Made by a program: the position numbers and the translations under genes
Origin: an uncultured Alphaproteobacteria bacterium
GTDB lineage: Bacteria > Pseudomonadota > Alphaproteobacteria > RF32 > CAG-239
Length of the DNA stretch: 63,856 nt
Assembly: GCA_944392205.1 (NCBI GenBank)
Contig: CALXVV010000028.1
Span: 1 to 63,856 of the forward strand
Reading direction: 5' to 3'
The notes under the pieces: model-generated
Told to the model about the DNA's origin: nothing
What the model saw: only the letters and a program-made list of their open reading frames with translations
Databases searched by the model: none
Shown here: in pieces, positions 19,776 through 29,432 of the stretch
Layout: every line of letters starts with the position of its first letter
Position numbering within the stretch: the first letter of the stretch is position 1

Positions 19776-20930
19776 CTAAAGAGTATCAAGCAATTTCACA
19801 AATTTTTGAAGCACAAAATCTTCATCAAATCGCAGCAAAGATTGCCTGATTTCCTCCGGTGATGGTAAAGAAGCTTTTCCGTTCCAAACATCATCCAGTT
19901 TGAGAGCCAAATCTTTATAATTTCCCGGCTCAAACAACAAACCGATTCTCCCCTGTTCCAAAATTTCTGCCGGAGCAGCCGGGCAATTTGCGCAGACGAC
20001 CCTTGTTCCCACAGCCAAAGCCTCCACCAACACACAACCAAACCCCTCATTTTTAGAAGAGAGAAGCAGGGCCTTGGCGTGTTTCATCCACACAAACGGA
20101 TTCTCTTTCTCTCCCAAAAATTTAATGTGTTTTTGCCACCCCGTTTCTTCAACACGTTTTTGATGTTTAATTCTGTCAGGACCATCACCGATGATATAAA
20201 GCAACGGAATTTTTCCCTTTTTATCTTGTGCAAAACAGATATAGGCATCAATAAGAGTTTTGATATCTTTATCGGGAGCCACTCTTGAAACATGCACAAA
20301 ATAGTCTTGAGCCAACAAATTGTCATCATCTTCCGACAAAGTCGCGACATCATCTGCCAAAGCCCTAATTTTTTCAAGTTGGAACGGATTATACAAAACG
20401 GAAATCTTACCCTTTGTCCAAGGAAATTTGGCCTCACATTCCGTTTTAAAGGCTTGTGACAAAGCAATAATACAATCATATTTTTTAAGAGCCGTTTTGG
20501 AACATCTTTTCTGGCAGCTTTTAACCGCCCCATGGAACCAAACCACCATTTTCTGATGCGGATAAGGAACAAAGGATTCCAGTGTTTCTCCATTTTTAAA
20601 ATCGACAATAATATCGGCAAATTTTAAGATTCTCCTAAACAACCAAATATCATAGATTCGAAAAAACAGCGCCCGCAATTTCCAAAGCTTGCGTTTCAAA
20701 GATGTTTTTGGTTTGTTCATTATTTGCTGACGCAAAAATATTTTATGAACCTTGGGGCTTATCTGGCTTAGCAAAAAGCCCTCATCAACAAAGCCGCTTA
20801 TAAGCAGGCTGATATCATAATTTTTGAACTCTGCCAGCGCATTCAGATAGGTGACGGCAACTCGTTCTACCCCTCCGGTAATAAAAGAGGGCAAACAAAA
20901 AACAATTTTCTTTTTATTCTCAAAATTCAT
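19776..20930 (-). CDS. Glycosyltransferase family 4 (GT-B)
   Basis: GGVERVAV, IIGDGPDR, and SKNEGFGCVLVEALAVG (ExF...E motif). Confidence 0.9.
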   Translation of the reverse strand: MNFENKKKIVFCLPSFITGGVERVAVTYLNALAEFKNYDISLLISGFVDEGFLLSQISPKVHKIFLRQQIMNKPKTSLKRKLWKLRALFFRIYDIWLFRRILKFADIIVDFKNGETLESFVPYPHQKMVVWFHGAVKSCQKRCSKTALKKYDCIIALSQAFKTECEAKFPWTKGKISVLYNPFQLEKIRALADDVATLSEDDDNLLAQDYFVHVSRVAPDKDIKTLIDAYICFAQDKKGKIPLLYIIGDGPDRIKHQKRVEETGWQKHIKFLGEKENPFVWMKHAKALLLSSKNEGFGCVLVEALAVGTRVVCANCPAAPAEILEQGRIGLLFEPGNYKDLALKLDDVWNGKASLPSPEEIRQSLLRFDEDFVLQKFVKLLDTL

Positions 20931-20955
20931 AACAACTTCCTTTGGATTTAAAAAT

Positions 20956-21150
20956 CAAAAAGTCGCCGGATGAGAGCGACTGGAAGTTGAGAACTATTTA
21001 CACGAATAGTGCGACATATTGACTGGAACAGCTTATTTTGCCGCCTTCCAGTCATATAAAAAGACTTTCTGGCGTGCAAATTTTCGTCCTACACTAAGAC
21101 GCGTGTAAAGAGGTTCTCACACCTCAGACAAGACATCCCCCTGTCCGAGA
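20956..21150 (-). promoter_or_regulatory. Structured leader/attenuator upstream of the glycosyltransferase (C4/CI-antisense-like)
   Basis: Multiple hairpins, complementary boxes 21102-21119 vs 20988-21004, and terminator GTCGC-tctcatccg-GCGAC-TTTTT. Putative promoter TTTACT-N17-TATAGT at about 21154-21182. Confidence 0.65.
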
Positions 21151-21285
21151 ATGACTATATTTATAAATATCAAATAAGTAAAGAAAATTTTTCCTCTTGC
21201 CCCATACTTTGATGATGAACCGATAAATCCCGTCCGTTGAAGGCGAGCCTTTTAAGGCGAAGACTGAAACGGCGCCCGCAAAGAA

Positions 21286-21313
21286 AAAAGCCGCTTAAAA
21301 AAAAGCGGCTTTT
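21286..21313 (-). terminator. tRNA-Gly terminator
   Basis: AAAAGCCGCTT...AAGCGGCTTTT. Confidence 0.75.
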
Positions 21314-21317
21314 GAAT

Positions 21318-21392
21318 TGGAGCGGGCGAAGGGATTCGGACCCTCGACATCAACCTTGGCAAGGTTGCGCTCTACCCCTGAGCTACGCCCGC
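21318..21392 (-). tRNA. tRNA-Gly(GCC)
   Basis: GCGGGCGTAGCTCAGGGGTAGAGCG CAACC-TTGCCAA-GGTTG ... GAGGGTCCGAATCCCTTCGCCCGCTCCA. Confidence 0.93.
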
Positions 21393-21485
21393 ATCGGCAG
21401 AACGGAATACTTAATAACATATCTTAAAAAAATTGCAAGAGCTATTTTTTAGTTTTTTCATTTTTTTTCTTTTGCCACCCAAGAA

Positions 21486-21947
21486 TTACTGTATATCTAT
21501 AACCATTTCTTCAAAATCAGGCTCATCAATAACCAATGAGCTATAAGAAAAAGCCAGAGCCAGCACGACAACCGTTGCCGCTTTTAGGCCGAGAATCACC
21601 GAACGTCTGCCGCTAAAAGGAACTCCGTTTGCCCCCTTGCCGACAAAGAGCAACTCCAGCAAAACCCAAATAGAGACAAAGGACACCGGAACATATAAAA
21701 ACCAAGGAGCAATCAGAGTCAAACAAAGCTGAGAAAGTGCTCTGCCCCAATAACCTGCATAAAAATTATGCAACCCGAGCGAGCCCAAAAAGAAAGCCAA
21801 AAGGATATATATGATTCCGTTTTTAGGCGGCAGTTTTTTATTTTCCTGCATTATTTTTGCGGCCAAACGTTTTTTTTGCACCACAAACTCTTCCTCGCTT
21901 AAATCTCCGTGGTCATACATCTCTTGCAATTTCTCGGCATCAAGCAT
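21486..21947 (-). CDS. SHOCT + TM2 domain membrane protein
   Basis: LQEMYDHGDLSEEEFVVQKKRL (SHOCT) and YILLAFFLGSLGLHNFYAG (TM2). Confidence 0.85.
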   Translation of the reverse strand: MLDAEKLQEMYDHGDLSEEEFVVQKKRLAAKIMQENKKLPPKNGIIYILLAFFLGSLGLHNFYAGYWGRALSQLCLTLIAPWFLYVPVSFVSIWVLLELLFVGKGANGVPFSGRRSVILGLKAATVVVLALAFSYSSLVIDEPDFEEMVIDIQ

Positions 21948-22005
21948 GATTCTCTCCCAAAACATTTGATTCTAATATAAGCCATAATTCCAAATTTCCA
22001 AGCAC

Positions 22006-22038
22006 AAAAAAAAGAGATTCCGAAGAATCTCTTTTTTT
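22006..22038 (-). terminator. groESL terminator
   Basis: AAAAAAAGAGATTC-cgaa-GAATCTCTTTTTTT (TTCG loop on the minus strand). Confidence 0.8.
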
Positions 22039-22055
22039 AACTCAAGCACTAACGC

Positions 22056-23702
<1,647 letters not shown>

Positions 23703-23715
23703 TTATCCTCACAAA

Positions 23716-24006
23716 TTAATCTTCAATAATACCCAAAATTTCCGATTCCTTAATCAGCAAACGTTCCTCGCCGTTTACCTTAACTTCAGAGCCGGACCAT
23801 TTTCCAAACAAAACTTTATCGCCGACTTTTACCGTCATCGGGATTAATTTTCCCTCCGGGCTGACCATTCCCGGTCCGACAGCCTCAACCAAACCCTCGC
23901 TGGGTTTTTCTTTAGCCGTATCGGGGATGATGATTCCGCCGGCAGTTTTTGTATTTTCTTCCAAACGTTTAACCAAGACACGGTCTTGCAATGGTCTGAT
24001 TTTCAT
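23716..24006 (-). CDS. groS: Co-chaperonin GroES
   Basis: [28 protein letters not shown]. Confidence 0.99.
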   Translation of the reverse strand: MKIRPLQDRVLVKRLEENTKTAGGIIIPDTAKEKPSEGLVEAVGPGMVSPEGKLIPMTVKVGDKVLFGKWSGSEVKVNGEERLLIKESEILGIIED

Positions 24007-24049
24007 TTTTGCTTACTCCGTTAGATTAGATTCAAAATTTCTACTGATT

Positions 24050-24078
24050 ACTTAGGTACTGAATTTTGCGATGTCAAG
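24050..24078 (-). promoter_or_regulatory. Putative RpoH (sigma-32) promoter of groESL
   Basis: CTTGAC-N16-CCTAAGT matches the alphaproteobacterial CTTG...CCTATAT consensus. The same pattern precedes htpG. Confidence 0.65.
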
Positions 24079-24147
24079 CACACGCGCCAACTTTTATAAA
24101 AAAAAGTGCCGAAATCGCTTTCGGCACTCATAAGAGATTGATATCAG

Positions 24148-24903
24148 CTAATTTTTTGTATCCATGATTTGCCTGATAGCGCTGACCACAAAACTGACCA
24201 CAATCAAGAAACCAAGGACAACAAGCGATGCAAAATATATCCACGCATGCGGGAACACCAGCATAACCGGCCGTGCAATGGTAGAAGCCCAGCCATCCAA
24301 AGTCAGGGCTTGCAAGAGCGTAAACATGGCTGCCCCCACACTTGAAAACGCGGCAAAGACATCGCCAAACAAGCTCACGGCAATAATTGCAAAGGCATAG
24401 GAGAAAATCACCGACACTGCCAAAAAGGATAAGAATGTCGGCAACAGCTCAATAAATACTTGCACCAAGTTATGCAACCGAGAGAAACGGTTAACATACT
24501 TAAACAGCCTAAACAATCTAAATGTTCTGAGAACGATGAACGTGCTTGCCGCCGGCACGGAAGAAACCGCCACAATCACCAAATCAAAAATATTCCAGCC
24601 GGATTCGAAAAACTTTTTCTTAAGCGCATAAATTTTGAGAAACATCTCAACAATAAATATGGCCATAAACAAGCGATCAAGCAAGAACAAGATGTTATGA
24701 AAATAGAGAGTGATTGAATCAGAGGTCATTAGCCCCAAGACAATGGCATCAGCCAAAATCACGCCCATAATAAACATATCAAAACTAAACCCGCTGACAA
24801 GTTTAGCCAAACGCCGTTGCTCATCTTTGTAAAAAAGTTTTTTAACAATTTTCTTTTTTACCTTGGCAACCTTAGAAGTTTTCTCTTGTGCATTTTCTTT
24901 CAT
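24148..24903 (-). CDS. Bacterial voltage-gated cation channel (BacNav/Ion_trans family)
   Basis: S2 IFIVEMFLKI, S3 WNIFDLVIV, S4 LRTFRLFRLFK and pore QALTLDGWAS. Confidence 0.88.
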   Translation of the reverse strand: MKENAQEKTSKVAKVKKKIVKKLFYKDEQRRLAKLVSGFSFDMFIMGVILADAIVLGLMTSDSITLYFHNILFLLDRLFMAIFIVEMFLKIYALKKKFFESGWNIFDLVIVAVSSVPAASTFIVLRTFRLFRLFKYVNRFSRLHNLVQVFIELLPTFLSFLAVSVIFSYAFAIIAVSLFGDVFAAFSSVGAAMFTLLQALTLDGWASTIARPVMLVFPHAWIYFASLVVLGFLIVVSFVVSAIRQIMDTKN

Positions 24904-24944
24904 AAGTTTTACCCCTCACAAAAAAACGTTGGCTTTATTTTAGC

Positions 24945-25616
24945 TTAAAAAAACAGGAATGCAACAATTATCGCCGCAAGAGACAATGCCGGCCCAAAGG
25001 CCACCGTTTTCTGCCGCCGCAGCAAGGTATAAACAAGCATCAAGACAGAAGCCGCCGCAATAACATAAAGCAAGAGTTCAAATCCGAGCCAAGCGCCGAT
25101 AGCCGCCAAAAGTTTGATATCACCGCCGCCAAAAGCATCCTTGTTTTTCCACACCAACAGCAAGCTCACCAAAACCGGCAACAAATAGCCGGCAACCGCA
25201 CCCAAAGCACTCTCGGCACCGATAACCCAGCCATGCCCCCAGGCGGCGCAAGCAAAACCACCGATAAGTAACGGAACCGTCAAAATATCAGGCAGCAAAA
25301 ACATCCGCCAATCAATTTCGGCCAACAGCAACAAAGTCCACAGATAAAAGACACTCCAGCCAAAATTCTCCGCTCCGAACCGCCAATAATAAGCATATGT
25401 CAAACAAGCCGTAAATAAAGCGGCCACAAAAGAGCGCCAATAATAGGTTTTGGCAAGTTTTTTATAGAGATCGTTTTGTTTCTTGGCGCTTTGCCCCGGC
25501 CGAAATAGCTGGCACAAGGCATACGCAGGGGTTGCCGGCATAAATTTGGCAAACCGCCTGGCCATATAGGGAATAAGTCCCCCAAAAACAAAACCGGCAA
25601 AAACATAATAAAGCAT
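24945..25616 (-). CDS. Type IV prepilin peptidase (A24 family)
   Basis: EIDWRMFLLPDILT, FGGGDIKLLAAIGAWLG and VAFGPAL. Confidence 0.9.
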   Translation of the reverse strand: MLYYVFAGFVFGGLIPYMARRFAKFMPATPAYALCQLFRPGQSAKKQNDLYKKLAKTYYWRSFVAALFTACLTYAYYWRFGAENFGWSVFYLWTLLLLAEIDWRMFLLPDILTVPLLIGGFACAAWGHGWVIGAESALGAVAGYLLPVLVSLLLVWKNKDAFGGGDIKLLAAIGAWLGFELLLYVIAAASVLMLVYTLLRRQKTVAFGPALSLAAIIVAFLFF

Positions 25617-25727
25617 TGAAAAATCCTCCTCAAATAATAAGAAAAGATATTTCAAAATAAATAAAATTTAATTAACTCCCGTACAAAAAAACAGCCGCTT
25701 GAAAAAGCAGCCGTTTTCTTTGGAAGA

Positions 25728-27566
25728 TTAGAGTGATTTCAAAATAAAGTCGCTCATCTTTTCGCTAAAGAAGGAAGGATCGCTGACAGCCTCTCCTTCG
25801 GCGATTTTGGCCTGGTCCAGCAACAGCTTTGCCACATCTTCCACCTGTGCACGTTTGCCCTCATCCATGCTCATGTCTGCCAATTTTATAATCAACGGGT
25901 GATATGGGTTGAGCTCCAAGATTCTGGTGCTGGCAAAGGCGGTTTGCTGCTGGTGGTTGCGCATCAAGCGCTCTAAGTGCAGGCTCATCTGTCCGTTTTC
26001 AACCGTCAAGCTGACAGGAGATTTGGTAAGTTTTTCGGTTGTAGTGACCTTGCCGACTTCATTTTTAAACATCTCGCTCATAAGGTCAGTGAGCTTTTTC
26101 AAGCTCCCCTCGTCGGCTTTTGCCTCCTCACGCTTCCATCCCATATCAGCTTCTGCTTGAGTAATATGTTTAATAGCAAAGCCTTTATAGTTGGGCAGCA
26201 CTTGCGGCCAAAACTCATCAATCGGGTCAGTTAAGAGCAAAACCTCGATTCCTTTCTCAAAGAAAGCCTCCAACTGCGGATTATTTTTCAAAACCTTAAC
26301 ATCATCGCCGGTAATATAGTAGATGGCCTTTTGGCCTTCTTTGGCTCTGGCAATATATTCATCCAAAGTCGTCAACTTATCATCGCTGAAAGTAGAAGAG
26401 AAATAAGATAATCCGGCAATTTCCTCACGGTTTGAGAAGTCTTCGTAGATTCCCTCTTTCAAGACAACCCCGAAGTTTTTCCAAAACGTCATATAATCAT
26501 CATAGTCCTTGGTGCGCTTTTTAAGTTCCTTGAAGATTCTTGAAACCACACCATGCTTAATTTTTTCAATCAACGGTGAATGTTGCAGCATTTCTCTTGA
26601 GATGTTAAGTTGCAAATCTGCCGAATCAATTACGCCTTTAACAAAGCGCAGATAGTTGGGCATCAGTTCTTCAATCTTATCAGAGATAAACACTTTGTTG
26701 ACGTAGAGTTTCAGGCTGTTTTTGCGATCAGGCTGGAACAAGTCATAGGGAGCGGCGGAAGGAATAAAGAGCAGCCCCGTGTATTCAATATTACCCTCGG
26801 CCTTAAAATGAAGAGTAAGCCACGGATCATCAAAGTTATGCGAAATGTGATGATAAAACTCTTTGTACTGATCCTTTGTGATTTCGGATTTATGGCGTGT
26901 CCACAAAGCAGAGGCCGTGTTAACCGTTTCTTCTCCGGCCTTGCCCAAATCAAGCACAATCGGATAGCTGATATGGTCGGAATAAGTGCGGATAATCTGA
27001 CGCAAATAAATTGTATCAACATAGTCTTTGGCATCAGATTTCAAAAACAACTTGATGTCTGTGCCGTTCGATTCTTTTTTGGCGGCGGAAATCTCAAAGC
27101 CGTCCACCCCGTTTGAGGTCCACTTCCAAGCCTCATCCTCTCCGGCCTTACGGGTAATGATTTCAACTTTATCAGCCACCATAAATGCGGCATAGAAACC
27201 AACGCCGAATTGGCCGATAAGCTCCACTGCCGAGCCGTTTTCAGCAACATTTTTAACAAACTCGGCCGTGCCTGACTTGGCAATCGTCCCCAAATGATTG
27301 ATTAAATCCTCCTTATTCATGCCGATTCCGTTATCGGAGATGGTCAAAGTATTAGAAGCGGCATCCGGCGTTATTTTAATCTTCATCTGTCCGGAATCCT
27401 TAGCAATTCCCGGGTTTGTCAGCGCCAAATATTTCAGCTTATCACAAGCATCGGATGCATTTGAGATAAGCTCTCTTAAAAATATCTGTTTTTCGGAATA
27501 AAGAGAGTTAACCACAATATTGAGCATTTTGCTGACATCAGCCTGAAAAGACATTTTATCTGACAT
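25728..27566 (-). CDS. htpG: Chaperone HtpG (Hsp90)
   Basis: FLRELISNASDA, DNGIGM, IGQFGVGFY and LNISREMLQ. Confidence 0.97.
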   Translation of the reverse strand: MSDKMSFQADVSKMLNIVVNSLYSEKQIFLRELISNASDACDKLKYLALTNPGIAKDSGQMKIKITPDAASNTLTISDNGIGMNKEDLINHLGTIAKSGTAEFVKNVAENGSAVELIGQFGVGFYAAFMVADKVEIITRKAGEDEAWKWTSNGVDGFEISAAKKESNGTDIKLFLKSDAKDYVDTIYLRQIIRTYSDHISYPIVLDLGKAGEETVNTASALWTRHKSEITKDQYKEFYHHISHNFDDPWLTLHFKAEGNIEYTGLLFIPSAAPYDLFQPDRKNSLKLYVNKVFISDKIEELMPNYLRFVKGVIDSADLQLNISREMLQHSPLIEKIKHGVVSRIFKELKKRTKDYDDYMTFWKNFGVVLKEGIYEDFSNREEIAGLSYFSSTFSDDKLTTLDEYIARAKEGQKAIYYITGDDVKVLKNNPQLEAFFEKGIEVLLLTDPIDEFWPQVLPNYKGFAIKHITQAEADMGWKREEAKADEGSLKKLTDLMSEMFKNEVGKVTTTEKLTKSPVSLTVENGQMSLHLERLMRNHQQQTAFASTRILELNPYHPLIIKLADMSMDEGKRAQVEDVAKLLLDQAKIAEGEAVSDPSFFSEKMSDFILKSL

Positions 27567-27600
27567 ATCAATCTCCCACAAAACATAAATTCTGATGTCT

Positions 27601-27629
27601 ATGTAGGGACCGTTTTGAGTATTTGCAAG
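27601..27629 (-). promoter_or_regulatory. Putative RpoH promoter of htpG
   Basis: CTTGCA-N16-CCTACAT, same spacing as the groES promoter. Confidence 0.65.
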
Positions 27630-27706
27630 ATTATGCTTGATTTATTTGAGAAATTGGCTAAAGTTGGTTTTGATTTTTGAAAATAACCAACCATGGAGTT
27701 AAACGA

Positions 27707-27946
27707 ATGGTATCTGTAGTAAATGACGCTTGCGTAAAATGCAAATCTTGTGCTGATGTATGCCCGGTAGATGCTTTCCACGAGGGTGAAACCCAATTGG
27801 TTGTAGATCCCGACACCTGCATTGATTGCGGCGTTTGCATTTCTGAATGCCCGCAAGAAGCCATCACTTCTGACGATGAAGCTGATGAAAAATGGATTAA
27901 ATTCAACGCTGAAAATGCAAAGATTTGGCCGAACGCCAACGAATAA
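27707..27946 (+). CDS. Dicluster ferredoxin (FdxA-like)
   Basis: [12 protein letters not shown] and [18 protein letters not shown] upstream. Confidence 0.93.
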   Translation: MVSVVNDACVKCKSCADVCPVDAFHEGETQLVVDPDTCIDCGVCISECPQEAITSDDEADEKWIKFNAENAKIWPNANE

Positions 27947-28073
27947 TTTTTCAAGTTTGAAGAAAAATAAAAGCTCTTGCTTTGGCGAGAGCTTTTTTAT
28001 TGCAAATAAAAAATTTATCCGTTAGATTTAAGCTTAATTTGATGGCTTAAAGAATAAGGAAACAAGAACAAAA

Positions 28074-29090
28074 ATGAGCAAGACAGAAACATATTATGAC
28101 ATCGTTGGTATCGGCAACGCAATTGTAGACGTTTTAGCCAAAGTCGGCGACGGTTTCTTGAAAGAGAGAAATTTGCCCAAGGGCTGCATGACCCTAATGG
28201 ATGCCAAAACCGCGGGTAAAATTTACGCCGACATTGTGCCTGAGCGTGAGGTCCCCGGTGGTTCTGCGGCCAACACGGTTGCAGGCATAGCCTCTCTGGG
28301 CGGTACCCCGGCCTTTATCGGCAAGATTCATGATGATGAGCTGGGCCAGGAATTCACCCGCGATATCGGTGCCGCCGGTGTAGACTTTTTTACGATTCCC
28401 CTAAATGAGGGACCGGTTACAGGGCGCAGTGTCGTTTTAGTCACGCCCGATGCCGAGCGCTCAATGTTTACCTACCTTGGCGCAGCCACTCACTTAACGG
28501 AAGAAGACATTGATGAAGAAATCATTCAGGCCGGCAAAATTACTTACATTGAGGGCTATTTGTGGGACACGGATAACTGCCAAGGGGCACTAATCAAGGC
28601 TTGCCAATTGGCCCACAAACACGGACGCAAAATTGCCTTTACTTTATCAGACACCACCTGCATCACCCGCAATCGGGAAGCAATCTTCAACTTTGTCAAA
28701 GAATATGTAGACATTCTTTTTGCCAATGAAGAAGAAATAAAAGCCCTGTTTGCAGAAAGTGATTTTTACAAGAGTCTGGACTTAATCAAGCCACATGTAG
28801 AAATCGCCGCCATCACCAGAGGAATAAAAGGCTCCGTGGTTGTTAACGGCCGCACCAAAACTTTTGTTGAGGCTGAGGTTGTAGAAGACGTGGTTGACAC
28901 CACCGGTGCCGGAGATTTGTATGCGGCAGGCTTCTTGTTTGGCATGACTCAAGAACGCAGCCTTGGCACCTGTGCCATGATAGGCTCCATCGCCGCTGCA
29001 GAAATCATCACCCACTATGGTGCCAGACCGGAAGTTTCCCTGCGCGGCTTGGTTCGCAACAAATTGCTGTCTTATGGCAAGAAGGCTTAA
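28074..29090 (+). CDS. PfkB family adenosine/nucleoside kinase
   Basis: GIGNAIVD, GGSAANT and DTTGAGDLYAAGFL. Confidence 0.9.
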   Translation: MSKTETYYDIVGIGNAIVDVLAKVGDGFLKERNLPKGCMTLMDAKTAGKIYADIVPEREVPGGSAANTVAGIASLGGTPAFIGKIHDDELGQEFTRDIGAAGVDFFTIPLNEGPVTGRSVVLVTPDAERSMFTYLGAATHLTEEDIDEEIIQAGKITYIEGYLWDTDNCQGALIKACQLAHKHGRKIAFTLSDTTCITRNREAIFNFVKEYVDILFANEEEIKALFAESDFYKSLDLIKPHVEIAAITRGIKGSVVVNGRTKTFVEAEVVEDVVDTTGAGDLYAAGFLFGMTQERSLGTCAMIGSIAAAEIITHYGARPEVSLRGLVRNKLLSYGKKA

Positions 29091-29201
29091 AAATACACGA
29101 CAAGACAGCTTACACTGATAAAAAAATTTCATTAGGTTATTGAAATTTAATTTTAAAAGTGTATTGTAAGGCGAATTTACAAAATTGAAGAGCTTACAAA
29201 A

Positions 29202-29429
29202 GCACGGCGTTTTCTTTCATAAATGGCCGTGCTGGAAGTAAATTTGTTGACGACGTGTACAAAAAGAGGTACACGAGGAAACAAATTTGCTTCACTGACA
29301 ACCATTTAGGGCACGGCGTTTTCTTTCATAAATGGCCGTGCTGGAAGTAAATTTGTTGACGACGTGTACAAAAAGAGGTACACGAGGAGACAAGTTTGCT
29401 TCAATGACGACCATTTAGGGAAGAAAACG
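29202..29429 (+). repeat. Tandem duplication (109-bp period) of an RPE-like palindromic element in the typA leader
   Basis: Units 29202-29310 and 29311-29419. Arms CGTTTTCTT/AAGAAAACG, TAAATGG/CCATTTA, GAAGTAAATTTGT/ACAAATTTGCTTC, core CGTGTAC-aaaaagag-GTACACGAGG. Confidence 0.9.
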
Positions 29430-29432
29430 AAG

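Noticed and set aside
18393-21300. Prophage or integrative element between the two tRNAs
   Set aside because: No integrase, phage genes or directly repeated tRNA-Gly att site bounding the block; at most a small islet.
24007-24147. CIRCE element before groES
   Set aside because: No TTAGCACTC-N9-GAGTGCTAA found; only an RpoH-type promoter is present.
29202-29419. Tandem repeats as a possible CRISPR array (also 2793-2981 and 17803-18063)
   Set aside because: Only two units of 59-109 bp each, no series of unique spacers, and no cas genes.
29364-29432. N-terminal extension of TypA from GTG 29364 (repeat-encoded peptide, as in RPE in-frame insertions)
   Set aside because: No SD before the GTG, and homologues start at MRNIAIIAH. 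Treated as leader; proteomics could revisit this.
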